Part shown: in pieces, positions 17,627-28,021 of the stretch
How positions within the stretch are numbered: position 1 is the first letter of the stretch
Layout: every line of letters begins with the position of its first letter
DNA from: Muribaculaceae bacterium
GTDB lineage: Bacteria > Bacteroidota > Bacteroidia > Bacteroidales > Muribaculaceae
Direction: 5' to 3'
Length of the DNA stretch: 49,900 nucleotides
Assembly (NCBI GenBank): GCA_016290765.1
Contig: JAEEVE010000001.1
Location: 1-49,900 of the forward strand
Translations under genes and position numbers: made by a program
The notes under the pieces: generated by a model
Database searches by the model: none
Told to the model about the DNA's origin: nothing
Seen by the model: the letters and a program-made list of their open reading frames with translations, nothing else

Positions 17627-18547
17627 ATGAATGAACCTGTATATCATATCCCCGCGCTTCTTAAGGAGTGCCTTAATGGCTTGAGTATCAAGCCTGACGG
17701 GACTTATGCTGACGTTACCTTTGGGGGTGGCGGCCACAGTCGTGCCATTGTGGAGCGATTGTCGCCGTTGGGGCATCTCTACGGCTTGGACCAAGATATC
17801 GATGCATGGCGCAATCGCATTGACGACCCGAGGTTCACTTTTGTTCTGAGCAATTTTGCTTACCTAAAGAATTTTTTGAGATATTATGGGGTGCTGGCAG
17901 TGGATGGAATCCTTGCCGACCTAGGTGTGTCATTCCACCACTTCGACGACCAGGAACGCGGTTTCTCATTCCGATTTGATGGGCAACTGGACATGCGCAT
18001 GAACCAATCGAGCACGCTTGATGCTCGCCAGGTCATCGCCACCTACAGCGAGGAACGCCTTGCTGACGTGCTCTATCTCTACGGCGAGCTCAAGCAGAGC
18101 CGCCAGTTGGCGCGCGCCATTGTACGAGCCCGTAGCCAACGCGACATCAACACCACGCTACAACTCATCGATGTGGTGCGTCCACTCATTCGTCCCAATC
18201 AGGAGAAGAAAGAGCTGGCCCAGCTATTCCAAGCCTTACGCATCGAGGTGAACAACGAGATTGATGTGCTCAAGCGCTTGTTGCAGCAATCGCTCGATGT
18301 GCTGCGACCGGGCGGACGGCTTGTCATTATTACCTACCACTCGCTCGAAGACCGCTTGGTCAAGAACTTCATGCGCACGGGTAATGTCGAGGGCCATGTC
18401 GTCAAAGACTTCTATGGCCGCGTCCAAGCCCCATTGACTCTGGTCAACAACAAGGTTATCGTCCCCAGCGACGATGAGGTGGCACGAAACCCTCGTTCGC
18501 GCAGTGCCAAACTGCGCATAGCTGAAAAAGTGAATGATGATTTATAG
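17627..18547 (+). CDS. rsmH: 16S rRNA m4C1402 methyltransferase RsmH (MraW)
   Basis: DVTFGGGGHS, DLGVS, RGFSF, LDMRM, FQALRIEVN, YHSLEDR, NPRSRSAKLR. Confidence 0.97.
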   Translation: MNEPVYHIPALLKECLNGLSIKPDGTYADVTFGGGGHSRAIVERLSPLGHLYGLDQDIDAWRNRIDDPRFTFVLSNFAYLKNFLRYYGVLAVDGILADLGVSFHHFDDQERGFSFRFDGQLDMRMNQSSTLDARQVIATYSEERLADVLYLYGELKQSRQLARAIVRARSQRDINTTLQLIDVVRPLIRPNQEKKELAQLFQALRIEVNNEIDVLKRLLQQSLDVLRPGGRLVIITYHSLEDRLVKNFMRTGNVEGHVVKDFYGRVQAPLTLVNNKVIVPSDDEVARNPRSRSAKLRIAEKVNDDL

Positions 18548-18587
18548 TTGATAGTTAATTCCGAGAAACTCGAGAACACCAAGAAAA
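18544..18587 (+). repeat. Short tandem repeats: 2 heptamers plus 3 degenerate nonamers
   Basis: ATAGTTG ATAGTTA, then CCGAGAAAC TCGAGAACA CCAAGAAAA. Confidence 0.55.
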
Positions 18588-18591
18588 AACT

Positions 18592-18993
18592 ATGGCAGAC
18601 GACAACAAACATATCGATCCAATGGGCAACGAGTCCAAAAGTACCGACATCAGGAAGCGCAAGCGCAATCGCAAGGCGCAAAAAGCCGTCAAAGGCGTTG
18701 TGCAAGGTCGTTCGTTCCTCTCGTGGGACTTCTTTAAGCGCAACGCAGTGTATATCGTGGCGGCCACCATCATGACACTGATGTATATCAGTAACAAATA
18801 CGTCTGCCAGAACTACATGAAGGAAGTCATCGACCTCAAACTCGAGCTTGAAAATGCCAAGACCGACTGTGTCAATGCCAGCGCAGCCTATAATTCTCAA
18901 ATACGAGAGAGCCAGATGACTGCATATGTCGACACGATGCACATCGATCTGACCGCACCCGAACAACCACCTTATCACCTGAAAGAACAATGA
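18592..18993 (+). CDS. ftsL: FtsL-like cell division protein (Bacteroidetes type)
   Basis: Basic N-terminus, single TM, YISNKY, coiled coil; lies between rsmH and the PBP gene. Confidence 0.82.
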   Translation: MADDNKHIDPMGNESKSTDIRKRKRNRKAQKAVKGVVQGRSFLSWDFFKRNAVYIVAATIMTLMYISNKYVCQNYMKEVIDLKLELENAKTDCVNASAAYNSQIRESQMTAYVDTMHIDLTAPEQPPYHLKEQ

Positions 18994-21095
18994 AAGAGAC
19001 CAACAAAAAACACATCTTGCTGCGATACTCACTCGTTGTGGGCATCGTGCTAGCTTTCTCGGCAGCCATCGTCTGGGACATGATCAAAACGTCGGTCATC
19101 TATGCAAGCGACTGGAACACCAAGGCCGACAGCATCCTCACGCAGGTAACCGTCATTGAGCCTGAGCGTGGCAAGCTGCTTGCCGACAACGGCACTGTAT
19201 TGGCCGCCAACCTGCAGTATTTCACCGCCCGCATCGACTGGTTGTCGGCTGGCATCAAGAAAGACACACTGATGAAGTACCTGCCCGCGCTGGCCGACTC
19301 GCTGGCCGTGCTCGAACCCTCACGCACTGCACAGCAGTGGCAAGAGGAACTCTCGGGAGCCTATGAACGCATCACCACCGACAAGAAGAAAAAGAACCAT
19401 AGCTATCGACTCATTCGCCGTCTGCTCACCCATGGCGAGTGGGAACGGCTGAAGACATTCCCCTACTTCAATAAGGGACAGAACAAGAGCGGACTGTACT
19501 GTGAGCGGGAGACCAAGCGATGCAAGCCCTATGGCTCGATGGCATCACGCAGCATTGGAACGGTAGGAGAGAGCGAGTCGCGATCGGGCCTGCATGGACG
19601 GTCGGGCCTGGAGATGGCACTTGACACCATGCTCTATGGCGTGCCTGGCGAGGCGACACGCATCCAGTTAACCTACAACATCGTCAACCATGAGAGCGTC
19701 CCTGCCAAGCCTGGATATGACATTACCACCACCATCAACATCGCTCTGCAAGACATTGTCGAGAACGAACTCTATGACATGTGCCACGAAACCGACGCCC
19801 GCTGGGGCACCGCTGTGCTCATGGAGGTAGCCACGGGTGAAATCAAGGCCATCAGCAACCTGGAATGGAATGACAATGCGGGTGACTATATCGAGGGCGT
19901 AAACAATGCAGTGCTGGGCTATGAGCCAGGCTCGGTGATGAAGCCCATCTCGATGATGATTGCTCTGGAAGACGGCATTGTCAACAACATCGATGAACCC
20001 ATGCCCACTGGCACAACTTGGCTCTATGAGGGACGCGTCATCAACGACCCGCACGGTGGTGCACAGCTCACCCCGCGGCAAATCATCGAGACCTCGTCAA
20101 ACGTAGGCATGTCAAAGATTATCGTCAAGAAGTATGGCAGCAACCCTGGAGGGTTTTACGACCGCCTGAAAGGGATGGGTTTCTTTGAGCCCTTCCACTC
20201 AGGTATCGGTGGCGAACAGACACCCATTATCCACCGTCTAGGCAACACCCGTGCCGACCGCGTGGCACTGACTCGCATGGCTTTCGGTTACTCTACACTC
20301 ATTCCGCCACTGAGCACGCTTGCCATGTACAATGCCATCGCCAACGACGGCAAGTATGTGCGTCCACACTTGGTCAAGAAACTATCACGCGAAGGCGATC
20401 CCGACAGTATCGTTCCGGTGACCTACATCCGCCAGCAGGTGTGCAGCCCCGAGAACGCCCAGAAGTTGCGCATCATGTTGCACGACGTGGTATGGGGCAG
20501 CCGAGGCACAGCACGCAAGTGGGTACAGGACGAGCGCGTGCCCATCGCCGGAAAGACGGGCACTGCCTACACTATCACCAGCGACGGGCACTACGGCAAC
20601 CAGAAGCGCCTAGCCTTCTGCGGATTCTTCCCCTATGACAATCCCAAATACTCGTGCATCGTGCTGATGCTTGGCGCCAACCGTGGCGCTGGAGCCAGCA
20701 GCGGCATGGTGCTCAAGAATATTGCCCTGAAGATGTATGCCCGCGGACTGCTGGGCAACGAACCAAATTATGCGATGACCGTCGACAAGGACGGGAAACA
20801 GGTGCAAAAAGCACCCTCACAAGCCACACTCTACGCCAGTACCAATCCTAAACACACAAGCCATGTGAAGAAAGGCCTCGCCATGACCAACGCCAAGGTG
20901 TTCCAGCAGCCCACTCCCACCAAGAGTGGTGTGCCCAATGTGCGAGGCCTCGCCGTGCGTGATGCCATCCGGCGGCTCGAGGATGCAGGCTTGTGTGTAC
21001 GATTCAATGGCAATGGCTATGTGGTGGGGCAAAGCCTCGCAGCGGGAAGCCCATTTGCCCGTGGACAAATCATCAACCTCACCCTGCGGCACTAA
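18990..21095 (+). CDS. ftsI: Class B penicillin-binding protein (FtsI/PBP3) with PASTA domain
   Basis: ERG, GRSGLE, EPGSVMK (SxxK), SSN, GKTGTA; C-terminal VPNVRG PASTA. Confidence 0.93.
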   Translation: MKETNKKHILLRYSLVVGIVLAFSAAIVWDMIKTSVIYASDWNTKADSILTQVTVIEPERGKLLADNGTVLAANLQYFTARIDWLSAGIKKDTLMKYLPALADSLAVLEPSRTAQQWQEELSGAYERITTDKKKKNHSYRLIRRLLTHGEWERLKTFPYFNKGQNKSGLYCERETKRCKPYGSMASRSIGTVGESESRSGLHGRSGLEMALDTMLYGVPGEATRIQLTYNIVNHESVPAKPGYDITTTINIALQDIVENELYDMCHETDARWGTAVLMEVATGEIKAISNLEWNDNAGDYIEGVNNAVLGYEPGSVMKPISMMIALEDGIVNNIDEPMPTGTTWLYEGRVINDPHGGAQLTPRQIIETSSNVGMSKIIVKKYGSNPGGFYDRLKGMGFFEPFHSGIGGEQTPIIHRLGNTRADRVALTRMAFGYSTLIPPLSTLAMYNAIANDGKYVRPHLVKKLSREGDPDSIVPVTYIRQQVCSPENAQKLRIMLHDVVWGSRGTARKWVQDERVPIAGKTGTAYTITSDGHYGNQKRLAFCGFFPYDNPKYSCIVLMLGANRGAGASSGMVLKNIALKMYARGLLGNEPNYAMTVDKDGKQVQKAPSQATLYASTNPKHTSHVKKGLAMTNAKVFQQPTPTKSGVPNVRGLAVRDAIRRLEDAGLCVRFNGNGYVVGQSLAAGSPFARGQIINLTLRH

Positions 21096-21161
21096 CGATT
21101 AGAGTTCCCCAGAAACATGAATACTCAGAAAACTAAAAGACTCATCAAAAACAACGACTAT

Positions 21162-22613
21162 ATGAAGAAACTCAACGAATTGCTCCGTCGCGTGGATACC
21201 ACTCAAGTGGTAGGGCCGACCGACATTGACATCACTGGCGTATTGTGCGACTCACGTCAGGTGAGAGGTGGTGAACTATTTGTCGCCGTGGTGGGCGTCG
21301 CCGTTGACGCGCACCGCTTTATCCCTCAGGTAACCCAGGCGGGCGCAGCGGCAATCTTGTGCCAAAAGTTGCCCGAAACACTTGACGAGCGAGTAACCTA
21401 CATCGTGGTACCCGATAGTACAAGCGCATTGGCGCTGGTTGCCAGCGAGTGGTATGACCGTCCCAGCGAGCATCTGCGGCTTGTGGGTGTGACTGGCACC
21501 AACGGCAAGACAACCACCGCGACGCTGCTCTACGAGATGATGCAAAGCCTAGGCTACAAGGCAGGCCTGCTCTCGACGGTGAAGAACCTGATTGACCGCC
21601 GCGAGGAACCAGCCGCACAGACCACCCCTGACCACCTCACGCTCAACCGCTTGTTGCATGAGATGGTTGAGGCGGGATGCGACTATGCCTTTATGGAGGT
21701 GAGTAGCCACGCCTGCGTACAACACCGCATCGACGGTCTACACTGGGCAGGGGGCGTATTCACCAACCTCACACAGGACCATCTAGACTTCCACAAGACG
21801 ATGGACGAGTATCTGCGCGCCAAGAAAACGTTCTTCGATGCCCTGCCCGAGACGGCATTCGCACTGGCCAATGCCGATGACAAGGTGGGCAAAGTCATGT
21901 TGCAGAACTGCCGCGCCAGCCACTATACTTATGCCTTGCGCACGATGGCCGATTTTAACTGCAAACTCATTGAGGAACGCATTGACGGCATGAGCTTGCA
22001 GATCAATGGCCGCGAAGTCGAGGTGATGCTGACCGGCCGGTTCAACGCCTACAACCTCACCGCTATCGCTGCCACCGCCATTCTGCTGGGTATCGACCGC
22101 GACGAGGTGCTGGTACAGCTGAGCCAATTGCATGCCGCCGACGGACGTTTCCAGACACTGCATGCCCCCAAGGGTTTCACCGCCATCGTCGACTACGCCC
22201 ACACGCCAGACGCCCTCATTAACGTGCTCGACACCATCCGCGACCTGGTGAGAGGAAAGGGGCAAATCATAGCCGTGTGCGGCTGCGGTGGCGACCGCGA
22301 CGCCACCAAGCGACCCATCATGGCACATGCCGCCGCCACACGTAGCGACCGCACCATCCTCACTAGCGACAATCCGCGCACCGAGGACCCCGAAGCCATC
22401 TTGCGTGACATGGAGGCCGGCCTGACCGATGACGACCGCCAGCACACCATCAAGATTACTGACCGCCGCGAAGCCATACGCACCGCCTGCTTGCTAGCAC
22501 AGCCTGGCGATGTTGTCCTCGTTGCTGGAAAAGGACACGAGACCTACCAAGACGTGATGGGCGTCAAGCACCATTTTGATGACCGCGAGGTGCTACGTGA
22601 ATGCTTCAAATAA
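21162..22613 (+). CDS. murE: UDP-MurNAc-Ala-Glu:diaminopimelate ligase MurE
   Basis: GTNGKTT, MEVSSH, NLTQDHLDFH, DYAHTPD, SDNPR (DAP specificity), AGKGHE. Confidence 0.97.
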   Translation: MKKLNELLRRVDTTQVVGPTDIDITGVLCDSRQVRGGELFVAVVGVAVDAHRFIPQVTQAGAAAILCQKLPETLDERVTYIVVPDSTSALALVASEWYDRPSEHLRLVGVTGTNGKTTTATLLYEMMQSLGYKAGLLSTVKNLIDRREEPAAQTTPDHLTLNRLLHEMVEAGCDYAFMEVSSHACVQHRIDGLHWAGGVFTNLTQDHLDFHKTMDEYLRAKKTFFDALPETAFALANADDKVGKVMLQNCRASHYTYALRTMADFNCKLIEERIDGMSLQINGREVEVMLTGRFNAYNLTAIAATAILLGIDRDEVLVQLSQLHAADGRFQTLHAPKGFTAIVDYAHTPDALINVLDTIRDLVRGKGQIIAVCGCGGDRDATKRPIMAHAAATRSDRTILTSDNPRTEDPEAILRDMEAGLTDDDRQHTIKITDRREAIRTACLLAQPGDVVLVAGKGHETYQDVMGVKHHFDDREVLRECFK

Positions 22614-22667
22614 TTCATAACAAACTATCGCACTGCAGTTTACTCATTATTCATTATTCTATAGAGT

Positions 22668-24050
22668 ATGTTTTACCATCTGTTTCAATATCTGCAACAA
22701 TTTGATGTGCCAGGGGCGCATCTGATGGACTATATCACATTCAGGGCTGGCATCACCCTAGCCCTATCACTGTTCATCGCTATTGTCATCGGTGGCTCGA
22801 TTATCAAGAAGCTCGAGCGTTATTACAACCGTTTGGGTGGCGAGAATCAGCGCGACCTAGACAACTCCGGCAAGATTGTGTCGCACACCGATGCTATCGA
22901 CAAAATCCAGACGGTGCTCAACAACATGGACGAGACCGACCAGGAGAAAAAGGACGATGTTGCCAAGGCTCTGGAGAAAGACCGCAAGTCGCAAACACCC
23001 AGCATGGGCGGCCTCATCATCATCGTTGCCATCTTGCTGCCGTGCTTGCTCATTGGCAAACTCAACAACGTGTACATGTTGCTCATGATTCTTGCCACAC
23101 TATGGTGCGGCGCACTGGGCTTCCTGGACGACTATATCAAGATTGCCCATCATGACAAGCGAGGCCTTAAAGGCAAATTCAAGGTTATCGGTCAGGTGGG
23201 CCTCGGCATTGTCGTCGCACTGGTGATGTGGGCAAGTCCCGCCATCGTCATGAGCGAGAACACCGAGGTTCGCAACCCCGAAACAGGACAAATGGAGGTG
23301 GTACACGCACCGCAGGTCAAGGGCACGCAGACCACCATCCCCTTTATCAAGAACCACAACTTTGACTATGCACGCGTGGCGCAGTGGTTTGGCATTCACG
23401 GCAAGGCAGCACGAGGCATTGGATGGCTCATCTTTGCCGCGCTGGCCATCTTTATCGTCACTGCAGTGAGCAATGCCGCCAACCTCACCGACGGTCTTGA
23501 CGGCCTGGCGAGCAGCACGAGTGCGGTCTATGCCATAGCACTAGCCATCATGGCCTACTTGAGCGGCAATGTCATTTATGCCGCTTACCTCAACATCATG
23601 TATATTCCCGACAGCAGCGAGTTGGTAATCTTTGCCGCTGCATTCATTGGGGCTACGCTAGGCTTCCTGTGGTACAATTCCTACCCCGCCCAAGTGTTCA
23701 TGGGCGACACGGGCAGTTTGTGCCTGGGAGGCATCGTGGGCGTATTCGCATTGCTGCTGCGCAAGGAGTGGTTGTTGCCCATCCTGTGTGGTGTCTTCTT
23801 TGTCGAGGCCTTGAGCAATATGATCCAGACGGGTTACTTCAAGTACACCAAGCGCAAGACAGGCACAGGCAAGCGCATCTTCAAGATGGCACCCATCCAT
23901 CATCACTACCAGATTCCCGCGGGTAAAATTAAGAACGTCATGTTCCAGAAACCTGCCAATGCCATACCCGAGAACAAGATTGTCATCCGCTTCCTGCTGG
24001 TGAGCATCATCCTCGCTGTCCTCACCTTCGTCACTTTCAAGGTGCGATAG
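22668..24050 (+). CDS. mraY: Phospho-MurNAc-pentapeptide translocase MraY
   Basis: TPSMGG, GFLDDY, NLTDGLDGLA, VFMGDTGS, MAPIHHH. Confidence 0.96.
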   Translation: MFYHLFQYLQQFDVPGAHLMDYITFRAGITLALSLFIAIVIGGSIIKKLERYYNRLGGENQRDLDNSGKIVSHTDAIDKIQTVLNNMDETDQEKKDDVAKALEKDRKSQTPSMGGLIIIVAILLPCLLIGKLNNVYMLLMILATLWCGALGFLDDYIKIAHHDKRGLKGKFKVIGQVGLGIVVALVMWASPAIVMSENTEVRNPETGQMEVVHAPQVKGTQTTIPFIKNHNFDYARVAQWFGIHGKAARGIGWLIFAALAIFIVTAVSNAANLTDGLDGLASSTSAVYAIALAIMAYLSGNVIYAAYLNIMYIPDSSELVIFAAAFIGATLGFLWYNSYPAQVFMGDTGSLCLGGIVGVFALLLRKEWLLPILCGVFFVEALSNMIQTGYFKYTKRKTGTGKRIFKMAPIHHHYQIPAGKIKNVMFQKPANAIPENKIVIRFLLVSIILAVLTFVTFKVR

Positions 24051-24052
24051 TA

Positions 24053-24100
24053 AATTAGGAGTTAAGAAGTTAAGAAGTTAAGAAGTAAAGAAGATAAGCA
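24053..24100 (+). repeat. Octamer tandem repeat (GTTAAGAA), about 6 units
   Basis: AATTAGGA GTTAAGAA GTTAAGAA GTTAAGAA GTAAAGAA GATAAGCA fills the mraY-murD gap. Confidence 0.85.
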
Positions 24101-24108
24101 ACAGACAT

Positions 24109-25446
24109 ATGAAGAGATTAGTTGTATTAGGTGGTGGCGAGAGCGGTGCCGGAGCAGCCGTACTCGCACAGAAGTTGGGAATGGACGTGTTCCTGAGCGA
24201 TATGGGACACATCAAGCCCAAGTATAAGGAGATGCTCGATGGTCACGGCATTCGTTGGGAGGAGGGCGGTCACACCGAGGACCTCATCCTCAACGCCGAC
24301 GAGATTGTCAAGAGCCCTGGCATCCCCTGCGAGGCTCCGCTGGTGGTCAAGGCCATGGAGCGCGGCATACCCATCATCAGCGAGATTGAGTTTGCCGGTC
24401 GCTACACACAGTCAAAAATGGTGTGCATCACGGGTAGCAACGGCAAGACCACGACCACGATGCTCACTTACCACATCCTCCGCGAGGCTGGACTGGATGT
24501 GGGTCTGGCGGGCAATGTGGGCAACAGCCTGGCACTGCAGGTGGCCGAGGATCCGCACGAGGTCTACGTCATCGAGTTGAGCAGTTTCCAGCTCGACAAC
24601 ATGTATGAGTTTAAGGCCAACGTGGCGGTATTGCTCAACATCACTCCCGACCATCTGGACCGCTATGACCACAAGATGGAAAACTATGTCGCTGCCAAGT
24701 TCCGCATCATGCGCAACCAGGGCGAGGACGACGTTTTCATCTACTGGCAGGACGACCCCATCATCGCCGAGCAGCTGCGACACATCCACACCGAGGCTCA
24801 GATGATGCCCTTCAGCGCCACTAGCCACGATGGATGCACCGCCTGGGTCGAAGATGGCGTGATGACCATCAATGTCGACGGTGAGCCCTGGTCGATGCCA
24901 ACCCAAGAAATTGCGATCCAAGGCCTTCACAATCTCTACAATTCGATGGCCGCCAGCATCAGTGCCAGCGTGCTGCACATTAAGAACGAGGTCATTCGGC
25001 GCGCATTAAGCGACTTCCAGGCTGTCGAACACCGCTTGGAGTTTGTTCGTACCCTCAATGGTGTGCGTTGGATTAACGACTCCAAGGCCACCAATGTCAA
25101 CAGCACTTGGTACGCCCTCGAGAGTATGCACGACCCCGTGGTGCTCATCCTGGGCGGCAAGGATAAGGGCAATGACTATACCGAAATTGAGCCGTTCGTA
25201 CTCGAGAAGGTCAAGGCCATCGTCTGCCTGGGCGTTGATAACCGCAAACTACATGCGTTCTTCGACGGCAAGGTGCCTGTCGTGACTGATGCCGGCTCGA
25301 TGGCTGAGTGCGTTGAAAAGTGCCACGCACTAGCCCAGAGCGGCGACACCGTGTTGCTCTCGCCGTGCTGTGCCAGTTTCGACCTGTTCACTAGTTATGA
25401 GGACCGTGGTCGCCAGTTCAAAGAAAGAGTAAACAGTTTAGTTTAA
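24109..25446 (+). CDS. murD: UDP-MurNAc-L-Ala:D-Glu ligase MurD
   Basis: KSPGIP, GSNGKTT, GNVG, ELSSFQL, HRLE, NDSKATN, LSPCCASFD. Confidence 0.97.
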   Translation: MKRLVVLGGGESGAGAAVLAQKLGMDVFLSDMGHIKPKYKEMLDGHGIRWEEGGHTEDLILNADEIVKSPGIPCEAPLVVKAMERGIPIISEIEFAGRYTQSKMVCITGSNGKTTTTMLTYHILREAGLDVGLAGNVGNSLALQVAEDPHEVYVIELSSFQLDNMYEFKANVAVLLNITPDHLDRYDHKMENYVAAKFRIMRNQGEDDVFIYWQDDPIIAEQLRHIHTEAQMMPFSATSHDGCTAWVEDGVMTINVDGEPWSMPTQEIAIQGLHNLYNSMAASISASVLHIKNEVIRRALSDFQAVEHRLEFVRTLNGVRWINDSKATNVNSTWYALESMHDPVVLILGGKDKGNDYTEIEPFVLEKVKAIVCLGVDNRKLHAFFDGKVPVVTDAGSMAECVEKCHALAQSGDTVLLSPCCASFDLFTSYEDRGRQFKERVNSLV

Positions 25447-25499
25447 AGTTTATAGTTAATAGTTTATAATTGTCTAGTTTATCTAGAGCCTCTAGTTTT
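25440..25499 (+). repeat. Heptamer array (AGTTWAW x4) plus nonamer array (TCTAGnnnn x3)
   Basis: AGTTTAA AGTTTAT AGTTAAT AGTTTAT, then TCTAGTTTA TCTAGAGCC TCTAGTTTT; first unit contains the murD stop. Confidence 0.8.
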
Positions 25500-25506
25500 A
25501 CAGAAC

Positions 25507-26820
25507 ATGACCCAAGAAAAACAGACAAAGTACAACGAGATAGCCCAGAGACATGGCGACCCATGGATTTGGGGCATCTATTTCACGCTCATCATCATCT
25601 CGATCGTCGAGGGATATAGCGCGTCGAGCCGCGTGATAGCCACACAAGGCGTCTACGGCCCCATCATCAACCAGTGCAAGTTTCTGGGTGCTGGCGCCTT
25701 GCTGGTGTTCTTCTTGCATCGCATCGACTACAACAACAGCAAGTTCCTGTATATAATGATTCCTGGACTGGCGTTGTTTACCGTCTTCACGCTCATCTAT
25801 GTGATGGCGGCAGGTGAAGTCATCAATGGTGCTCGCCGTGCGATGAAGATTTTGCCTGGCGTCACACTGCAGCCAGCCGAACTAGCCAAACTGTCGATAG
25901 TCACGCTACTGAGCTATATCCTGGCCAAGAGCCAGAAGAACCGCGATGTGAGCAATACGGGTCTGATTGCATCGGCCATCGCTGTGGCCATCTATGGCGC
26001 ATTGATGTTCAAGAGCGGTCTGACCAACACCATCTTGCTAATGGCCATCAGCACATCGATGATGCTGATTGGTGGTGCCAAACTCAAGAAAATCTTAATC
26101 GTCCTGATGGCTTACGGTATCTTTGCCGGCGGGTTTATGGGCATCAAGAAACACAACGAGAAGATGGACGAGGTGCTGGCACAGGAGAATGGCACTGCTG
26201 TGATGGTGCAGCGTGACGCCGAAGACCGCACCGACCTGCGCAAAGGGCGCATCCACGACTGGTGGTACAACGACTCGCTGCGCTTCCGTCCCATCACCAA
26301 CAAGAACCAGCAAGAGATGTTTGCGCGCATGGCACAAGCGCATGGTGGCACCACTGGAGTGGGTATCGGCAGTTCGCGTGAGTGCAGCCGTTTGCCACTG
26401 GCATTCAGTGACTATATCTACTCGATTATCATTGAAGAGACAGGCATTATCGGCGGCATCTTTGTGCTTATCCTGTATCTGTGGCTACTAGCACGTGCGG
26501 CGATGATTGTACAGCGTAGCACACGCGTGTTGCCCAGTCTGCTCATTATCGGTATGGCATCTTTCATTACCTTGCAGGCACTATTTCATATGGCCATCAA
26601 CGTGGGTGTGTTTCCCGTGTCGGGTCAGCCCTTGCCGCTGATTTCGGCGGGTGGTACGAGTATCCTGGTCATCAGTGCCGCCTTTGGCATCATGCTCAGT
26701 GTGAGCCGAACCATCGCCAACTACAACAACAAGAACAACAAGGTTGACGAAGCCGTTCTCCCCGAAGGGCTTGATGCCGTCAACCCTACACAAATAGTCC
26801 CCAAAAACGTATGGAAATGA
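25507..26820 (+). CDS. ftsW: SEDS peptidoglycan glycosyltransferase FtsW
   Basis: NGARR, QPAELAK, SDYIYSIIIEETG, PVSGQPLPLISAGGTS; dcw position. Confidence 0.93.
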   Translation: MTQEKQTKYNEIAQRHGDPWIWGIYFTLIIISIVEGYSASSRVIATQGVYGPIINQCKFLGAGALLVFFLHRIDYNNSKFLYIMIPGLALFTVFTLIYVMAAGEVINGARRAMKILPGVTLQPAELAKLSIVTLLSYILAKSQKNRDVSNTGLIASAIAVAIYGALMFKSGLTNTILLMAISTSMMLIGGAKLKKILIVLMAYGIFAGGFMGIKKHNEKMDEVLAQENGTAVMVQRDAEDRTDLRKGRIHDWWYNDSLRFRPITNKNQQEMFARMAQAHGGTTGVGIGSSRECSRLPLAFSDYIYSIIIEETGIIGGIFVLILYLWLLARAAMIVQRSTRVLPSLLIIGMASFITLQALFHMAINVGVFPVSGQPLPLISAGGTSILVISAAFGIMLSVSRTIANYNNKNNKVDEAVLPEGLDAVNPTQIVPKNVWK

Positions 26821-27920
26821 AAAGTTTTATTATCAGCGGCGGTGGCACCGGTGGTCACATTTTTCCCGCACTATCAATAGCTGGCGAAATTCGCCGGCGC
26901 ATGCCCGATGCCCGCATCCTGTTTGTGGGCGCTGAGGGTCGTATGGAAATGGAGCGTGTGCCAGCAGCAGGCTACGAAATCAAGGGACTTCCAGTCATGG
27001 GCTTTGATCGTCAACACCTGTTGCGCAATGTCAAGGTGGTTTATCACCTGCTCAAAAGCATGAGCATGGCGCGAAACATCATCAAGGATTTCAAGCCCGA
27101 CATCGCCATCGGCGTTGGCGGCTATGCCAGCGGCCCCACCTTGAAGGCAGCGCAAAAGATGGGTATTCCCACCTTGCTGCAAGAACAGAACTCCTATGCC
27201 GGCGTGACCAATAAGCAACTTGGTGCCGACGCACGCTGCATTTGCGTAGCCTATGAGGGGATGGAACGTTTCTTCCCCGCCGACCGCATCGTACTCACCG
27301 GCAACCCTATCCGACAGAACCTGCTAGAGTGCACCGCCAGCAAGCAAGAGGCACGCCGTGCCATGGGGGTAAATCCCGACAAACGCACCATCCTCATCAT
27401 TGGTGGCAGCCTGGGAGCATTGAGCGTCAACCGCGTCATCGGTGCCGGCTTGAAGCGAATCGGCGATGCAGCCGACCAGGTACAGGTCATCTGGCAGACG
27501 GGAAAGACCAACCGGGGCACCAGTGAAGAGGACCTCGCTGTATCGGGTGTTACCAACGTGCTGCGTACTGACTTTATCAGCAACATGGATATGGCCTACC
27601 GCGCTGCCGACCTCGTCGTCTCGCGTGCGGGAGCCAGCAGCATCAGTGAGATTCAAGCATTGGGCTTGCCCGCTATTCTCGTACCTTCGCCTAATGTCGC
27701 TGAGGACCATCAGACCAAGAACGCCCAAGCGCTGGCAAGCCGCAACGCAGCCATCATGGTGCGTGATGCCGATGCACCCAACGAGCTTGTCGACTGCATG
27801 TTGCGTACCGTCACCAACGACGGCGTACTCAAGACCCTGGCCGACAATGTCGCCCAGATGGCCTTGCGCGACAGTGCCGCCCACATCGTTGACGAAGTCT
27901 TTAAGATAGTTAATGAATAG
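26817..27920 (+). CDS. murG: MurG glycosyltransferase
   Basis: GGGTGGHIFP, GGYASGP, QEQN, GNP, GGSLGA, SRAGA, DHQTKNA; ATGA overlap with ftsW. Confidence 0.97.
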   Translation: MKSFIISGGGTGGHIFPALSIAGEIRRRMPDARILFVGAEGRMEMERVPAAGYEIKGLPVMGFDRQHLLRNVKVVYHLLKSMSMARNIIKDFKPDIAIGVGGYASGPTLKAAQKMGIPTLLQEQNSYAGVTNKQLGADARCICVAYEGMERFFPADRIVLTGNPIRQNLLECTASKQEARRAMGVNPDKRTILIIGGSLGALSVNRVIGAGLKRIGDAADQVQVIWQTGKTNRGTSEEDLAVSGVTNVLRTDFISNMDMAYRAADLVVSRAGASSISEIQALGLPAILVPSPNVAEDHQTKNAQALASRNAAIMVRDADAPNELVDCMLRTVTNDGVLKTLADNVAQMALRDSAAHIVDEVFKIVNE

Positions 27921-27991
27921 ATCGCGCTACGCGCTTGTAGACCATTTTATTGGTAGACCGCTACGCTTGTAGACCGCGCTACGCGCTGGTA
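27918..27991 (+). repeat. Left array of GTAGACC-hairpin units flanking the four-helix-bundle gene
   Basis: TAGATC-GCGC-TAC-GCGC-TT, GTAGACC-ATTTTATTG, GTAGACC-GC-TAC-GC-TT, GTAGACC-GCGC-TAC-GCGC-TG, GTA. Confidence 0.85.
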
Positions 27992-28021
27992 AAAGATGCG
28001 ATTCATTAAAACATTTGCGAC

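Noticed and set aside
21096-21161. Possible nonamer array between ftsI and murE (CCCAGAAAC, CTCAGAAAA)
   Set aside because: Too degenerate to separate from A-rich initiation sequence.
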